Part shown: positions 1-14,719 of the stretch, in pieces
Layout: each line of letters starts with the position of its first letter
How positions within the stretch are numbered: position 1 is the first letter of the stretch
Origin: Eledone cirrhosa
Lineage: Eukaryota
Assembly: GCA_964016885.1 (NCBI GenBank)
Contig: OZ024740.1
Coordinates: 267,778,001-267,842,000, forward strand
Length of the DNA stretch: 64,000 nt
Direction of reading: 5' to 3'
Translations under genes and position numbers: made by a program
The notes under the pieces: generated by a model
Databases searched by the model: none
The model's input: only the letters and a program-made list of their open reading frames with translations
Told to the model about the DNA's origin: nothing

Positions 1-3000
1 ACACAACAACAGAACGAGACAACCACTAATACCACACAACAACAGAACGAGACAACCACTAATACCACACAACAGCAGAAGGAGGCAACCACTAACACCA
101 CACAACAACAGAACGAGACAACCACTAATACCACACAACAACAGAAGGAGACAACCACTAACACCACACAACAACAGAACGAGACGACTACTAATACCAC
201 ACAACAACAGAAGGAAACAACCACTAATACCACACAACAACAGAAGGAGACAACCACTAACACCACACAACAACAGAACGAGACAACCACTAATACCACA
301 CAACAACAGAACGAGACAACCACTAACACCACACAACAACAGAACGAGACAACCACTAATACCACACAACAACAGAAGGAGACAACCACTAATACCACAC
401 AACAACAGAAGTAGACAACCACTAACACCACACAACAACAGAAGGAGACAACCACTAATACCACACAACAACAGAACGAGACAACCACTAATACCACACA
501 ACAACAGAAGGAGACAACCACTAACACCACACAGCAACAGAACGAGACAACCACTAATACCACACAACAACAGAACGAGACAACCACTAATACCACACAA
601 CAACAGAACGAGACAACCACTAATACCACACAACAACAGAAGGAGACAACCACTAACACCACACAACAACAGAACGAGACAACCACTAATACCACACAAC
701 AACAGGAGGAGACAACCACTAATACCACACAACAACAGAACGGGACAACCACTAATACCACACAACAACAGAACGAGACAACCACTAACACCACACAACA
801 ACAGAAGGAGACAACCACTAATACCACACAACAACAGAACGAGACAACCACTAATACCACACAACAACAGAAGGAGACAACCACTAATACCACACAATAA
901 CAGAACGAGACATCCACTAACACCACACAACAACAGAACGAGACAACCCCTAATATCACACAACAACAGAACGAGACAAGCACTAATACCACACAACAAC
1001 AGAACGAGACAACCACTAATATAACACAACAACAGAACTGGACAACCACTAATACCACACAACAACAGAACGAGACAACCACTAATACAACAAAAACAGA
1101 AGGAATCAACCACTAATACCACACAACAACAGAACGAGACAACCACTATCACCACACAACAACAGAACGAGACAACCACTAATACCACACAACAACAGAA
1201 CGAGACAACCACTAATACCACACAACAACAGAACGAGACAACCACTAATACCACACAACAACGGAACGAGACAACCACTAATACCACACAACAACGGAAC
1301 GAGACAACCACTAATACCACACAACAACAGAACGAGACAACCACTAATACCACACAACAACAGAACGAGACAACCACTAATACCACACAACAACAGAACG
1401 AGACAACCACTAATACCACACAACAACAGAACGAGACAACCACTAATACCACAGAACAACAGAACGAGACAACCACTAATACTACACAACAAAAGAACGA
1501 GACAACCACTAATACCACACAACAACAGAACGAGACAACCACTAATACCACACAACAACAGAACGAGACAAACACTAATACCACACAACAACAGAAAGAG
1601 ACAACCACTAACACCACACAACAACAGAACGAGACAAGCACTAACACCACACAACAACAGAACGAGACAACCACTAACACCACACAACAACAGAACGAGA
1701 CAACCACTAATACCACACAACAATAGAAGGAGACAACCACTAATACCACACAACAACAGAACGAGACAACCACTAATACCACACAACAACAGAACGAGAC
1801 AACCACTAATACCACACAACAACAGAACGAGACAACCACTAATACCACACAACAACTGAAGGAGACAACCACTAACACCACACAACAACAGAACGAGACA
1901 ACCACTAACAGCACACAACAACAGAACGAGACAACCACTAACACCACACAACAACAGAACGAGACAACCACTAATACCACACAACAATAGAAGGAGACAA
2001 CCACTAATACCACACAACAACAGAACGAGACAACCACTAATACCACACAACAACAGAACGAGACAACCACTAATACTACACAACAAAAGAACGAGACAAC
2101 CACTAATACCACACAACAACAGAACGAGACAACCACTAATACCACACAACAACAGAACGAGACAACCACTAATACCACACAACAACAGAACGAGAAAACC
2201 ACTAACACCACACAACAACAGAACAAGACAACCACTAATACCACACAACAACAGAATGGGACAACCACTAACACCACACAACAACAGAACGAGACAACCA
2301 CTAATACCACACAACAACAGAAGGAGACAACCACTAATACCACACAACAACAGAACGGGACAACCGCTAATACCACACATCAACAGAACGAGACAACCAC
2401 TAACACCACACAACAACAGAAGGAGACAACCACTAATACCACACACCAACAGAACGAGACAGCCACTAATACCACACAACAACAGAACGAGACAACCACT
2501 AATACCACACAACAACAGAACGAGACAACCACTAATACCACACAAGAACAGAACGAGACAACCACTAATACCACACAACAACAGAACGAGACAACCACTA
2601 ATATCACACAACAACAGAACTGGACAACCACTAATACCACATAACAACAGGACGAGACAACCACTAATACCACACAACAACAGAACGAGACAACCACTAA
2701 TACCACATAACAACAGAACGAGACAACCACTAATACCACACAACAACAGAACGAGACAACCACTAATATCACACAACAACAGAACTGGACAACCACTAAT
2801 ACCACACAACAACAGAACGAGACAACCACTAATACCACACAACAACAGAACGAGACAACCACTCATACCACACAACAACAGAACGAGACAACCACTAATA
2901 CCACACAACAACAGAACGAGACAACCACTAATACCACACAACAACAGAACGGGACAACCACTAATACCACACAACAACAGAACGAGACAACCACTAATAC

Positions 3001-3880
3001 CACACAACAACAGAACGAGACAACCACTAATACCACACAACTACAGAACGAGACAAGCACTAATACCACACAACAACAGAACGGGACAACCACTAATACA
3101 ACACAACAACAGAACGAGACAACCACTAATACCACACAACAACAGAACGAGACAACCACTAATACCACACAACAACAGAACGAGACAACCACTAATACCA
3201 CACAACAACAGAAGGAGGCAACGACTAACACCACACAACAACAGAACGAGACAACCACTAACACCACACAACAACAGAATGAGACAACCACTAACACCAC
3301 ACAACAACAGAAGGAGACAACCACTAATACCACACAACAACAGAACAAGACAACCACTAATACCACACAACAACAGAAGGAGACAACCACTAACACCACA
3401 CAACAACAGAATGAGACGACTACTCATACCACACAACAACAGAAGGAAACAACCACTAATACCACACAACAACAGAAGGAGACAACCACTAACACCACAC
3501 AACAACAGAACGAGACCACCACTAATACCACACAACAATAGAAGGAGACAACCACTAACGCCACACAACAACAGAACGAGACAACCACTAATACCACACA
3601 ACAACAGAAGGAGACAACCACTAATACCACACAACAACAGAAGGAGACAACCACTAATACCACACAACAACAGAACGAGACAACCACTAATACCACACAA
3701 CAACAGAAGGAGACAACCACTAACACCACACAACAACAGAACGAGACAACCACTAATACCACACAACAACAGAACGAGACAACCACTAATACCACACAAC
3801 AACAGAACGAGACAACCACTAATATCACACAACAACAGAACTGGACAACCACTAATACCACACAACAACAGAACGAGACA

Positions 3881-3911
3881 ACCACTAATACCACAAAAAC
3901 AGAAGGAATCA
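3881..3911. repeat. 31-bp (-2) landmark monomer ...ACCACAAAAACAGAAGGAATCA; 22 copies counted
   Basis: Copies end near 1109, 3912, 10016, 17536, 19877, 23601, 25942, 27920, 29470, 31810, 34151, 35694, 38786, 40599, 42182, 44522, 48809, 51150, 52759, 55818, 58058 and 58977. All but the first give the 'MIPSVFVV' ORF starts in the track. Confidence 0.93.
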
Positions 3912-4208
3912 ACCACTAATACCATACAACAACAGAACGAGACAACCACTAATACCACAGAACAACAGAACGAGACAACCACTAATACTACACAACAAAA
4001 GAACGAGACAACCACTAATACCACACAACAACAGAAGGAGACAACCACTAATACCACACAACAACCGAACGAGACAACCACTAATACCACACAACAACAG
4101 ATCGAGACAACCACTAATACCACACAGCAACAGAACGAGACAACCACTAATACCACACAACAACAGAACGAGACAACCACTAATATCACACAACAACAGA
4201 ACGAGACA

Positions 4209-4242
4209 ACCACTAATACCACACAACAACAGAACAAGACAA
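4209..4242. repeat. 34-bp (+1) landmark monomer ...AACAAGACAAACC; 13 copies counted
   Basis: Copies near 4237, 10341, 20301, 26366, 28707, 32267, 36481, 41419, 44979, 49266, 53546, 56572 and 59665 (the 'MFCCC' ORF starts). Each lies 0.3-0.85 kb downstream of a 31-bp monomer. Confidence 0.9.
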
Positions 4243-5949
4243 ACCATTAATACCACACAACAACAGAACGAGACAACCACTAACACCACACAACAACAGA
4301 AGGAGACAACCACTAACACCACACAACAACAGAACGAGAGGACTACTAATACCACACAACAACAGAAGGAGACAACCACTAATACCACACAACAACAGAA
4401 GGAGACAACCACTAACACCACACAACAACAGAACGAGACAACCACTATTACCACACAACAACAGAAGGAGACAACCACTAACACCACACAACAACAGAAG
4501 GAGACAACCACTAATACCACACAACAACAGAACGAGATAACCACTAATACCACACAACAACAGAACGAGACAACCACTAATACCACACAACAACAGAAGG
4601 AGACAACCACTAACACCACACAACAACAGAAGGAGACAACCACTAATACCACACAACAACAGAACGAGACAACCACTAATACCACACAACAACAGAAGGA
4701 GACAACCACTAACACCACACAACAACAGAAGGAGACAACCACTAATACCACACAACAACAGAACGAGACAACCACTAATACCACACAACAACAGAACGAG
4801 ACAACCACTAATACCACACAACAACAGAACGAGACAACCACTAATACCACACAAGAACAGAACGAGACAACCACTAATACCACACAACAACAGAACGAGA
4901 CAACCACTAATATCTCACAACAACAGAACTGGACAACCACTAATACCACATAACAACAGGACGAGACAACCACTAATACCACACAACAACAGAACGAGAC
5001 AACCACTAATACCACATAACAACAGAACGAGACAACCACTAATACCACACAACAACAGAACGAGACAACCACTAATATCACACAACAACAGAACTGGACA
5101 ACCAGTAATACCACACAACAACAGAACGAGACAACCAGTAATACCACACAACAACAGAACGAGACAACCACTCATACCACACAACAACAGAACGAGACAA
5201 CCACTAATACCACACAACAACAGAACGAGACAACCACTAATACCACACAACAACAGAACGGGACAACCACTAATACCACACAACAACAGAACGAGACAAC
5301 CACTAATACCACACAACAACAGAACGAGACAACCACTAATACCACACAACTACAGAACGAGACAAGCACTAATACCACACAACAACAGAACGGGACAACC
5401 ACTAATACAACACAACAACAGAACGAGACAACCACTAATACCACACAACAACAGAACGAGACAACCACTAATACCACACAACAACAGAACGAGACAACCA
5501 CTAATACCACACAACAACAGAAGGAGGCAACCACTAACACCACACAACAACAGAACAAGACAACCACTAATACCACACAACAACAGAAGGAGACAACCAC
5601 TAACACCACAAAACAACAGAATGAGACGACTACTAATACCACACAACAACAGAAGGAAACAACCACTAATACCACACAACAACAGAAGGAGACAACCACT
5701 AACACCACACAACAACAGAACGAGACAACCACTAATACCACACAACAACAGAAGGAGACAACCACTAATACCACACAACAACAGAAGGAGACAACCACTA
5801 ATACCACACAACAACAGAACGAGACAACCCCTAATACCACACAACAACAGAAGGAGACAACCACTAACACCACACAACAACAGAACGAGACAACCACTAA
5901 TACCACACAACAACAGAACGAGACAACCACTAATACCACACAACAACAG

Positions 5950-8900
5950 AACGAGACAACCACTAATATCACACAACAACAGAACTGGTCAACCACTAAT
6001 ACCACATAACAACAGGACGAGACAACCACTAATACCACACAACAACAGAACGAGACAACCACTAATACCACATAACAACAGAACGAGACAACCACTAATA
6101 CCACACAACAACAGAACGAGACAACCACTAATATCACACAACAACAGAACTGGACAACCACTAATACCACACAACAACAGAAAGAGACAACCACTAATAC
6201 CACACAACAACAGAACGAGACAACCACTCATACCACACAACAACAGAACGAGACAACCACTAATACCACACAACAACAGAACGAGACAACCACTAATACC
6301 ACACAACAACAGAACGGGACAACCACTAATACCACACAACAACAGAACGAGACAACCACTAATACCACACAACAACAGAACGAGACAACCACTAATACCA
6401 CACAACTACAGAACGAGACAAGCACTAATACCACACAACAACAGAACGGGACAACCACTAATACAACACAACAACAGAACGAGACAACCACTAATACCAC
6501 ACAACAACAGGACGAGACAACCACTAATACCACACAACAACAGAACGAGACAACCACTAATACCACACAACAACAGAAGGAGGCAACCACTAACACCACA
6601 CAACAACAGAACGAGACAACCACTAACACCACACAACAACAGAATGAGACAACCACTAACACCACACAACAACAGAAGGAGACAACCACTAATACCACAC
6701 AACAACAGAACAAGACAACCACTAATACCACACAACAACAGAAGGAGACAACCACTAACACCACACAACAACAGAATGAGACGACTACTAATACCACACA
6801 ACAACAGAAGGAGACAACCACTAATACCACACAACAACAGAAGGAGACAACCACTAATACCACACAACAACAGAACGAGACAACCACTAATATCACACAA
6901 CAACAGAACTGGACAACCACTAATACCACATAACAACAGGACGAGACAACCACTAATACCACACAACAACAGAACGAGACAACCACTAATACCACATAAC
7001 AACAGAACGAGACAACCACTAATACCACACAACAACAGAACGAGACAACCACTAATATCACACAACAACAGAACTGGACAACCACTAATACCACACAACA
7101 ACAGAACGAGACAACCACTAATACCACACAACAACAGAACGAGACAACCACTCATACCACACAACAACAGAACGAGACAACCACTAATACCACACAACAA
7201 CAGAACGAGACAACCACTAATACCACACAACAACAGAACGGGACAACCACTAATACCACACAACAACAGAACGAGACAACCACTAATACCACACAACAAC
7301 AGAACGAGACAACCACTAATACCACACAACTACAGAACGAGACAAGCACTAATACCACACAACAACAGAACGGGACAACCACTAATACAACACAACAACA
7401 GAACGAGACAACCACTAATACCACACAACAACAGAACTGGTCAACCACTAATACCACATAACAACAGGACGAGACAACCACTAATACCACACAACAACAG
7501 AACGAGACAACCACTAATACCACATAACAACAGAACGAGACAACCACTAATACCACATAACAACAGAACGAGACAACCACTAATACCACACAACAACAGA
7601 ACGAGACAACCACTAATATCACACAACAACAGAACTGGACAACCACTAATACCACACAACAACAGAACGAGACAACCACTAATACCACACAACTACAGAA
7701 CGAGACAAGCACTAATACCACACAACAACAGAACGGGACAACCACTAATACAACACAACAACAGAACGAGACAACCACTAATATCACACAACAACAGAAC
7801 TGGTCAACCACTAATACCACATAACAACAGGACGAGACAACCACTAATACCACACAACAACAGAACGAGACAACCACTAATACCACATAACAACAGAACG
7901 AGACAACCACTAATACCACACAACAACAGAACGAGACAACCACTAATATCACACAACAACAGAACTGGACAACCACTAATACCACACAACAACAGAAAGA
8001 GACAACCACTAATACCACACAACAACAGAACGAGACAACCACTCATACCACACAACAACAGAACGAGACAACCACTAATACCACACAACAACAGAACGAG
8101 ACAACCACTAATACCACACAACAACAGAACGGGACAACCACTAATACCACACAACAACAGAACGAGACAACCACTAATACCACACAACAACAGAACGAGA
8201 CAACCACTAATACCACACAACTACAGAACGAGACAAGCACTAATACCACACAACAACAGAACGGGACAACTACTAATACAACACAACAACAGAACGAGAC
8301 AACCACTAATACCACACAACAACAGGACGAGACAACCACTAATACCACACAACAACAGAACGAGACAACCACTAATACCACACAACAACAGAAGGAGGCA
8401 ACCACTAACACCACACAACAACAGAACGAGACAACCACTAACACCACACAACAACAGAATGAGACAACCACTAACACCACACAACAACAGAAGGAGACAA
8501 CCACTAATACCACACAACAACAGAACAAGACAACCACTAATACCACACAACAACAGAAGGAGACAACCACTAACACCACACAACAACAGAATGAGACGAC
8601 TACTAATACCACACAACAACAGAAGGAGACAACCACTAATACCACACAACAACAGAAGGAGACAACCACTAATACCACACAACAACAGAACGAGACAACC
8701 ACTAATATCACACAACAACAGAACTGGACAACCACTAATACCACATAACAACAGGACGAGACAACCACTAATACCACACAACAACAGAACGAGACAACCA
8801 CTAATACCACATAACAACAGAACGAGACAACCACTAATACCACACAACAACAGAACGAGACAACCACTAATATCACACAACAACAGAACTGGACAACCAC

Positions 8901-9235
8901 TAATACCACACAACAACAGAACGAGACAACCACTAATACCACACAACAACAGAACGAGACAACCACTCATACCACACAACAACAGAACGAGACAACCACT
9001 AATACCACACAACAACAGAACGAGACAACCACTAATACCACACAACAACAGAACGGGACAACCACTAATACCACACAACAACAGAACGAGACAACCACTA
9101 ATACCACACAACAACAGAACGAGACAACCACTAATACCACACAACTACAGAACGAGACAAGCACTAATACCACACAACAACAGAACGGGACAACCACTAA
9201 TACAACACAACAACAGAACGAGACAACCACTAATA
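5950..9235. repeat. Nested duplication, offset 1815 bp = 55 monomers (~5950-7420 vs ~7765-9235)
   Basis: ORF pairs 5989..6405/7804..8220, 6228..7151/8043..8966 and 6406..7329/8221..9144. The rare AAAGAG variant is shared at 6181/7996. Confidence 0.9.
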
Positions 9236-12200
9236 CCACACAACAACAGAACGAGACAACCACTAATACCACACAACAACAGAACGAGACAACCACTAAT
9301 ACCACACAACAACAGAAGGAGGCAACGACTAACACCACACAACAACAGAACGAGACAACCACTAACACCACACAACAACAGAATGAGACAACCACTAACA
9401 CCACACAACAACAGAAGGAGACAACCACTAATACCACACAACAACAGAACAAGACAACCACTAATACCACACAACAACAGAAGGAGACAACCACTAACAC
9501 CACACAACAACAGAATGAGACGACTACTCATACCACACAACAACAGAAGGAAACAACCACTAATACCACACAACAACAGAAGGAGACAACCACTAACACC
9601 ACACAACAACAGAACGAGACCACCACTAATACCACACAACAATAGAAGGAGACAACCACTAACGCCACACAACAACAGAACGAGACAACCACTAATACCA
9701 CACAACAACAGAAGGAGACAACCACTAATACCACACAACAACAGAAGGAGACAACCACTAATACCACACAACAACAGAACGAGACAACCACTAATACCAC
9801 ACAACAACAGAAGGAGACAACCACTAACACCACACAACAACAGAACGAGACAACCACTAATACCACACAACAACAGAACGAGACAACCACTAATACCACA
9901 CAACAACAGAACGAGACAACCACTAATATCACACAACAACAGAACTGGACAACCACTAATACCACACAACAACAGAACGAGACAACCACTAATACCACAA
10001 AAACAGAAGGAATCAACCACTAATACCATACAACAACAGAACGAGACAACCACTAATACCACAGAACAACAGAACGAGACAACCACTAATACTACACAAC
10101 AAAAGAACGAGACAACCACTAATACCACACAACAACAGAAGGAGACAACCACTAATACCACACAACAACCGAACGAGACAACCACTAATACCACACAACA
10201 ACAGATCGAGACAACCACTAATACCACACAGCAACAGAACGAGACAACCACTAATACCACACAACAACAGAACGAGACAACCACTAATATCACACAACAA
10301 CAGAACGAGACAACCACTAATACCACACAACAACAGAACAAGACAAACCACTAATACCACACAACAACAGAACGAGACAACCACTAACACCACACAACAA
10401 CAGAAGGAGACAACCACTAACACCACACAACAACAGAACGAGAGGACTACTAATACCACACAACAACAGAAGGAGACAACCACTAATACCACACAACAAC
10501 AGAAGGAGACAACCACTAACACCACACAACAACAGAACGAGACAACCACTATTACCACACAACAACAGAAGGAGACAACCACTAACACCACACAACAACA
10601 GAAGGAGACAACCACTAATACCACACAACAACAGAACGAGATAACCACTAATACCACACAACAACAGAACGAGACAACCACTAATACCACACAACAACAG
10701 AAGGAGACAACCACTAACACCACACAACAACAGAAGGAGACAACCACTAATACCACACAACAACAGAACGAGACAACCACTAATACCACACAACAACAGA
10801 AGGAGACAACCACTAACACCACACAACAACAGAAGGAGACAACCACTAATACCACACAACAACAGAACGAGACAACCACTAATACCACACAACAACAGAA
10901 CGAGACAACCACTAATACCACACAACAACAGAACGAGACAACCACTAATACCACACAAGAACAGAACGAGACAACCACTAATACCACACAACAACAGAAC
11001 GAGACAACCACTAATATCTCACAACAACAGAACTGGACATCCACTAATACCACATAACAACAGGACGAGACAACCACTAATACCACACAACAACAGAACG
11101 AGACAACCACTAATACCACATAACAACAGAACGAGACAACCACTAATACCACACAACAACAGAACGAGACAACCACTAATATCACACAACAACAGAACTG
11201 GACAACCAGTAATACCACACAACAACAGAACGAGACAACCAGTAATACCACACAACAACAGAACGAGACAACCACTCATACCACACAACAACAGAACGAG
11301 ACAACCACTAATACCACACAACAACAGAACGAGACAACCACTAATACCACACAACAACAGAACGGGACAACCACTAATACCACACAACAACAGAACGAGA
11401 CAACCACTAATACCACACAACAACAGAACGAGACAACCACTAATACCACACAACTACAGAACGAGACAAGCACTAATACCACACAACAACAGAACGGGAC
11501 AACCACTAATACAACACAACAACAGAACGAGACAACCACTAATACCACACAACAACAGAACGAGACAACCACTAATACCACACAACAACAGAACGAGACA
11601 ACCACTAATACCACACAACAACAGCAGGAGGCAACCACTAACACCACACAACAACAGAACAAGACAACCACTAATACCACACAACAACAGAAGGAGACAA
11701 CCACTAACACCACAAAACAACAGAATGAGACGACTACTAATACCACACAACAACAGAAGGAAACAACCACTAATACCTCACAACAACAGAAGGAGACAAC
11801 CACTAACACCACACAACAACAGAACGAGACAACCACTAATACCACACAACAACAGAAGGAGACAACCACTAATACCACACAACAACAGAAGGAGACAACC
11901 ACTAATACCACACAACAACAGAACGAGACAACCCCTAATACCACACAACAACAGAAGGAGACAACCACTAACACCACACAACAACAGAACGAGACAACCA
12001 CTAATACCACACAACAACAGAACGAGACAACCACTAATACCACACAACAACAGAACGAGACAACCACTAATATCACACAACAACAGAACTGGTCAACCAC
12101 TAATACCACATAACAACAGGACGAGACAACCACTAATACCACACAACAACAGAACGAGACAACCACTAATACCACATAACAACAGAACGAGACAACCACT

Positions 12201-14719
12201 AATACCACACAACAACAGAACGAGACAACCACTAATATCACACAACAACAGAACTGGACAACCACTAATACCACACAACAACAGAACGAGACAACCACTA
12301 ATACCACACAACAACAGAACGAGACAACCACTCATACCACACAACAACAGAACGAGACAACCACTAATACCACACAACAACAGAACGAGACAACCACTAA
12401 TACCACACAACAACAGAACGGGACAACCACTAATACCACACAACAACAGAACGAGACAACCACTAATACCACACAACAACAGAACGAGACAACCACTAAT
12501 ACCACACAACTACAGAACGAGACAAGCACTAATACCACACAACAACAGAACGGGACAACCACTAATACAACACAACAACAGAACGAGACAACCACTAATA
12601 CCACACAACAACAGGACGAGACAACCACTAATACCACACAACAACAGAACGAGACAACCACTAATACCACACAACAACAGAAGGAGGCAACCACTAACAC
12701 CACACAACAACAGAACGAGACAACCACTAACACCACACAACAACAGAATGAGACAACCACTAACACCACACAACAACAGAAGGAGACAACCACTAATACC
12801 ACACAACAACAGAACAAGACAACCACTAATACCACACAACAACAGAAGGAGACAACCACTAACACCACACAACAACAGAATGAGACGACTACTAATACCA
12901 CACAACAACAGAAGGAGACAACCACTAATACCACACAACAACAGAAGGAGACAACCACTAATACCACACAACAACAGAACGAGACAACCACTAATATCAC
13001 ACAACAACAGAACTGGACAACCACTAATACCACATAACAACAGGACGAGACAACCACTAATACCACATAACAACAGGACGAGACAACCACTAATACCACA
13101 CAACAACAGAACGAGACAACCACTAATACCACATAACAACAGAACGAGACAACCACTAATACCACACAACAACAGAACGAGACAACCACTAATATCACAC
13201 AACAACAGAACTGGACAACCAGTAATACCACACAACAACAGAACGAGACAACCACTAATACCACACAACAACAGAACGAGACAACCACTCATACCACACA
13301 ACAACAGAACGAGACAACCACTAATACCACACAACAACAGAACGAGACAACCACTAATACCACACAACAACAGAACGGGACAACCACTAATACCACACAA
13401 CAACAGAACGAGACAACCACTAATACCACACAACAACAGAACGAGACAACCACTAATACCACACAACTACAGAACGAGACAAGCACTAATACCACACAAC
13501 AACAGAACGGGACAACCACTAATACAACACAACAACAGAACGAGACAACCACTAATACCACACAACAACAGAACGAGACAACCACTAATACCACACAACA
13601 ACAGAACGGGACAACCACTAATACCACACAACAACAGAACGAGACAACCACTAATACCACACAACAACAGAACGAGACAACCACTAATACCACACAACTA
13701 CAGAACGAGACAACCACTAACACCACACAACAACAGAACGAGACAACCACTAATACCACACAACAACAGAAGGAGACAACCACTAACACCACACAACAAC
13801 AGAATGAGACGACTACTAATACCACACAACAACAGAAGGAAACAACCACTAATACCACACAACAACAGAAGGAGACAACCACTAACACCACACAACAACA
13901 GAACGAGACAACCACTAATACCACACAACAACAGAAGGAGACAACCACTAACGCCACACAACAACAGAACGAGACAACCACTAATACCACACAACAACAG
14001 AAGGAGACAACCACTAATACCACACAACAACAGAAGGAGACAACCACTAATACCACACAACAACAGAACGAGACAACCACTAGTACCACACAACAACACA
14101 AGGAAACAACCACTAACACCACACAACAACAGAACGAGACAACCACTAATACCACACAACAACAGAACGAGACAACCACTAATATCACACAACAACAGAA
14201 CTGGACAACCACTAATACCACATAACAACAGGACGAGACAACCACTAATACCACACAACAACAGAACGAGACAACCACTAATACCACATAAAAACAGAAC
14301 GAGACAACCACTAATACCACACAACAACAGAACGAGACAACCACTAATATCACACAACAACAGAACTGGACAACCACTAATACCACACAACAACAGAACG
14401 AGACAACCACTAATACCACACAACAACAGAACGAGACAACCACGCATACCACACAACAATAGAACGAGACAACCACTAATACCACACAACAACAGAACGG
14501 GACAACCACTAATACCACACAACAACAGAACGAGACAACCACTAATACCACACAACAACAGAACGGGACAACCACTAATACCACACAACAACAGAACGAG
14601 ACAACCACTAATACCACACAACAACAGAACGAGACAACCACTAATACCACACAACTACAGAACGAGACAAGCACTAATACCACACAACAACAGAACGGGA
14701 CAACCACTAATACAACACA

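Larger units (their letters stand above)
2570..13560. repeat. Higher-order duplication, offset 6104 bp (~2570-7420 vs ~8675-13560)
   Basis: Marker pairs: CTCAT at 2863/8967, 5172/11276 and 6228/12332; the 31-bp monomer at 3912/10016; the 34-bp monomer at 4237/10341. ORFs 3041..4237 and 9145..10341 translate alike. The offset becomes 6137 after one extra monomer near 13050. Confidence 0.92.

Noticed and set aside
3881-4242. Programmed or compensating frameshifts (31-bp then 34-bp monomers)
   Set aside because: The net shift is -1 (or -2 with the 32-bp monomer), so no frame is restored. Co-occurrence is explained by block duplication.
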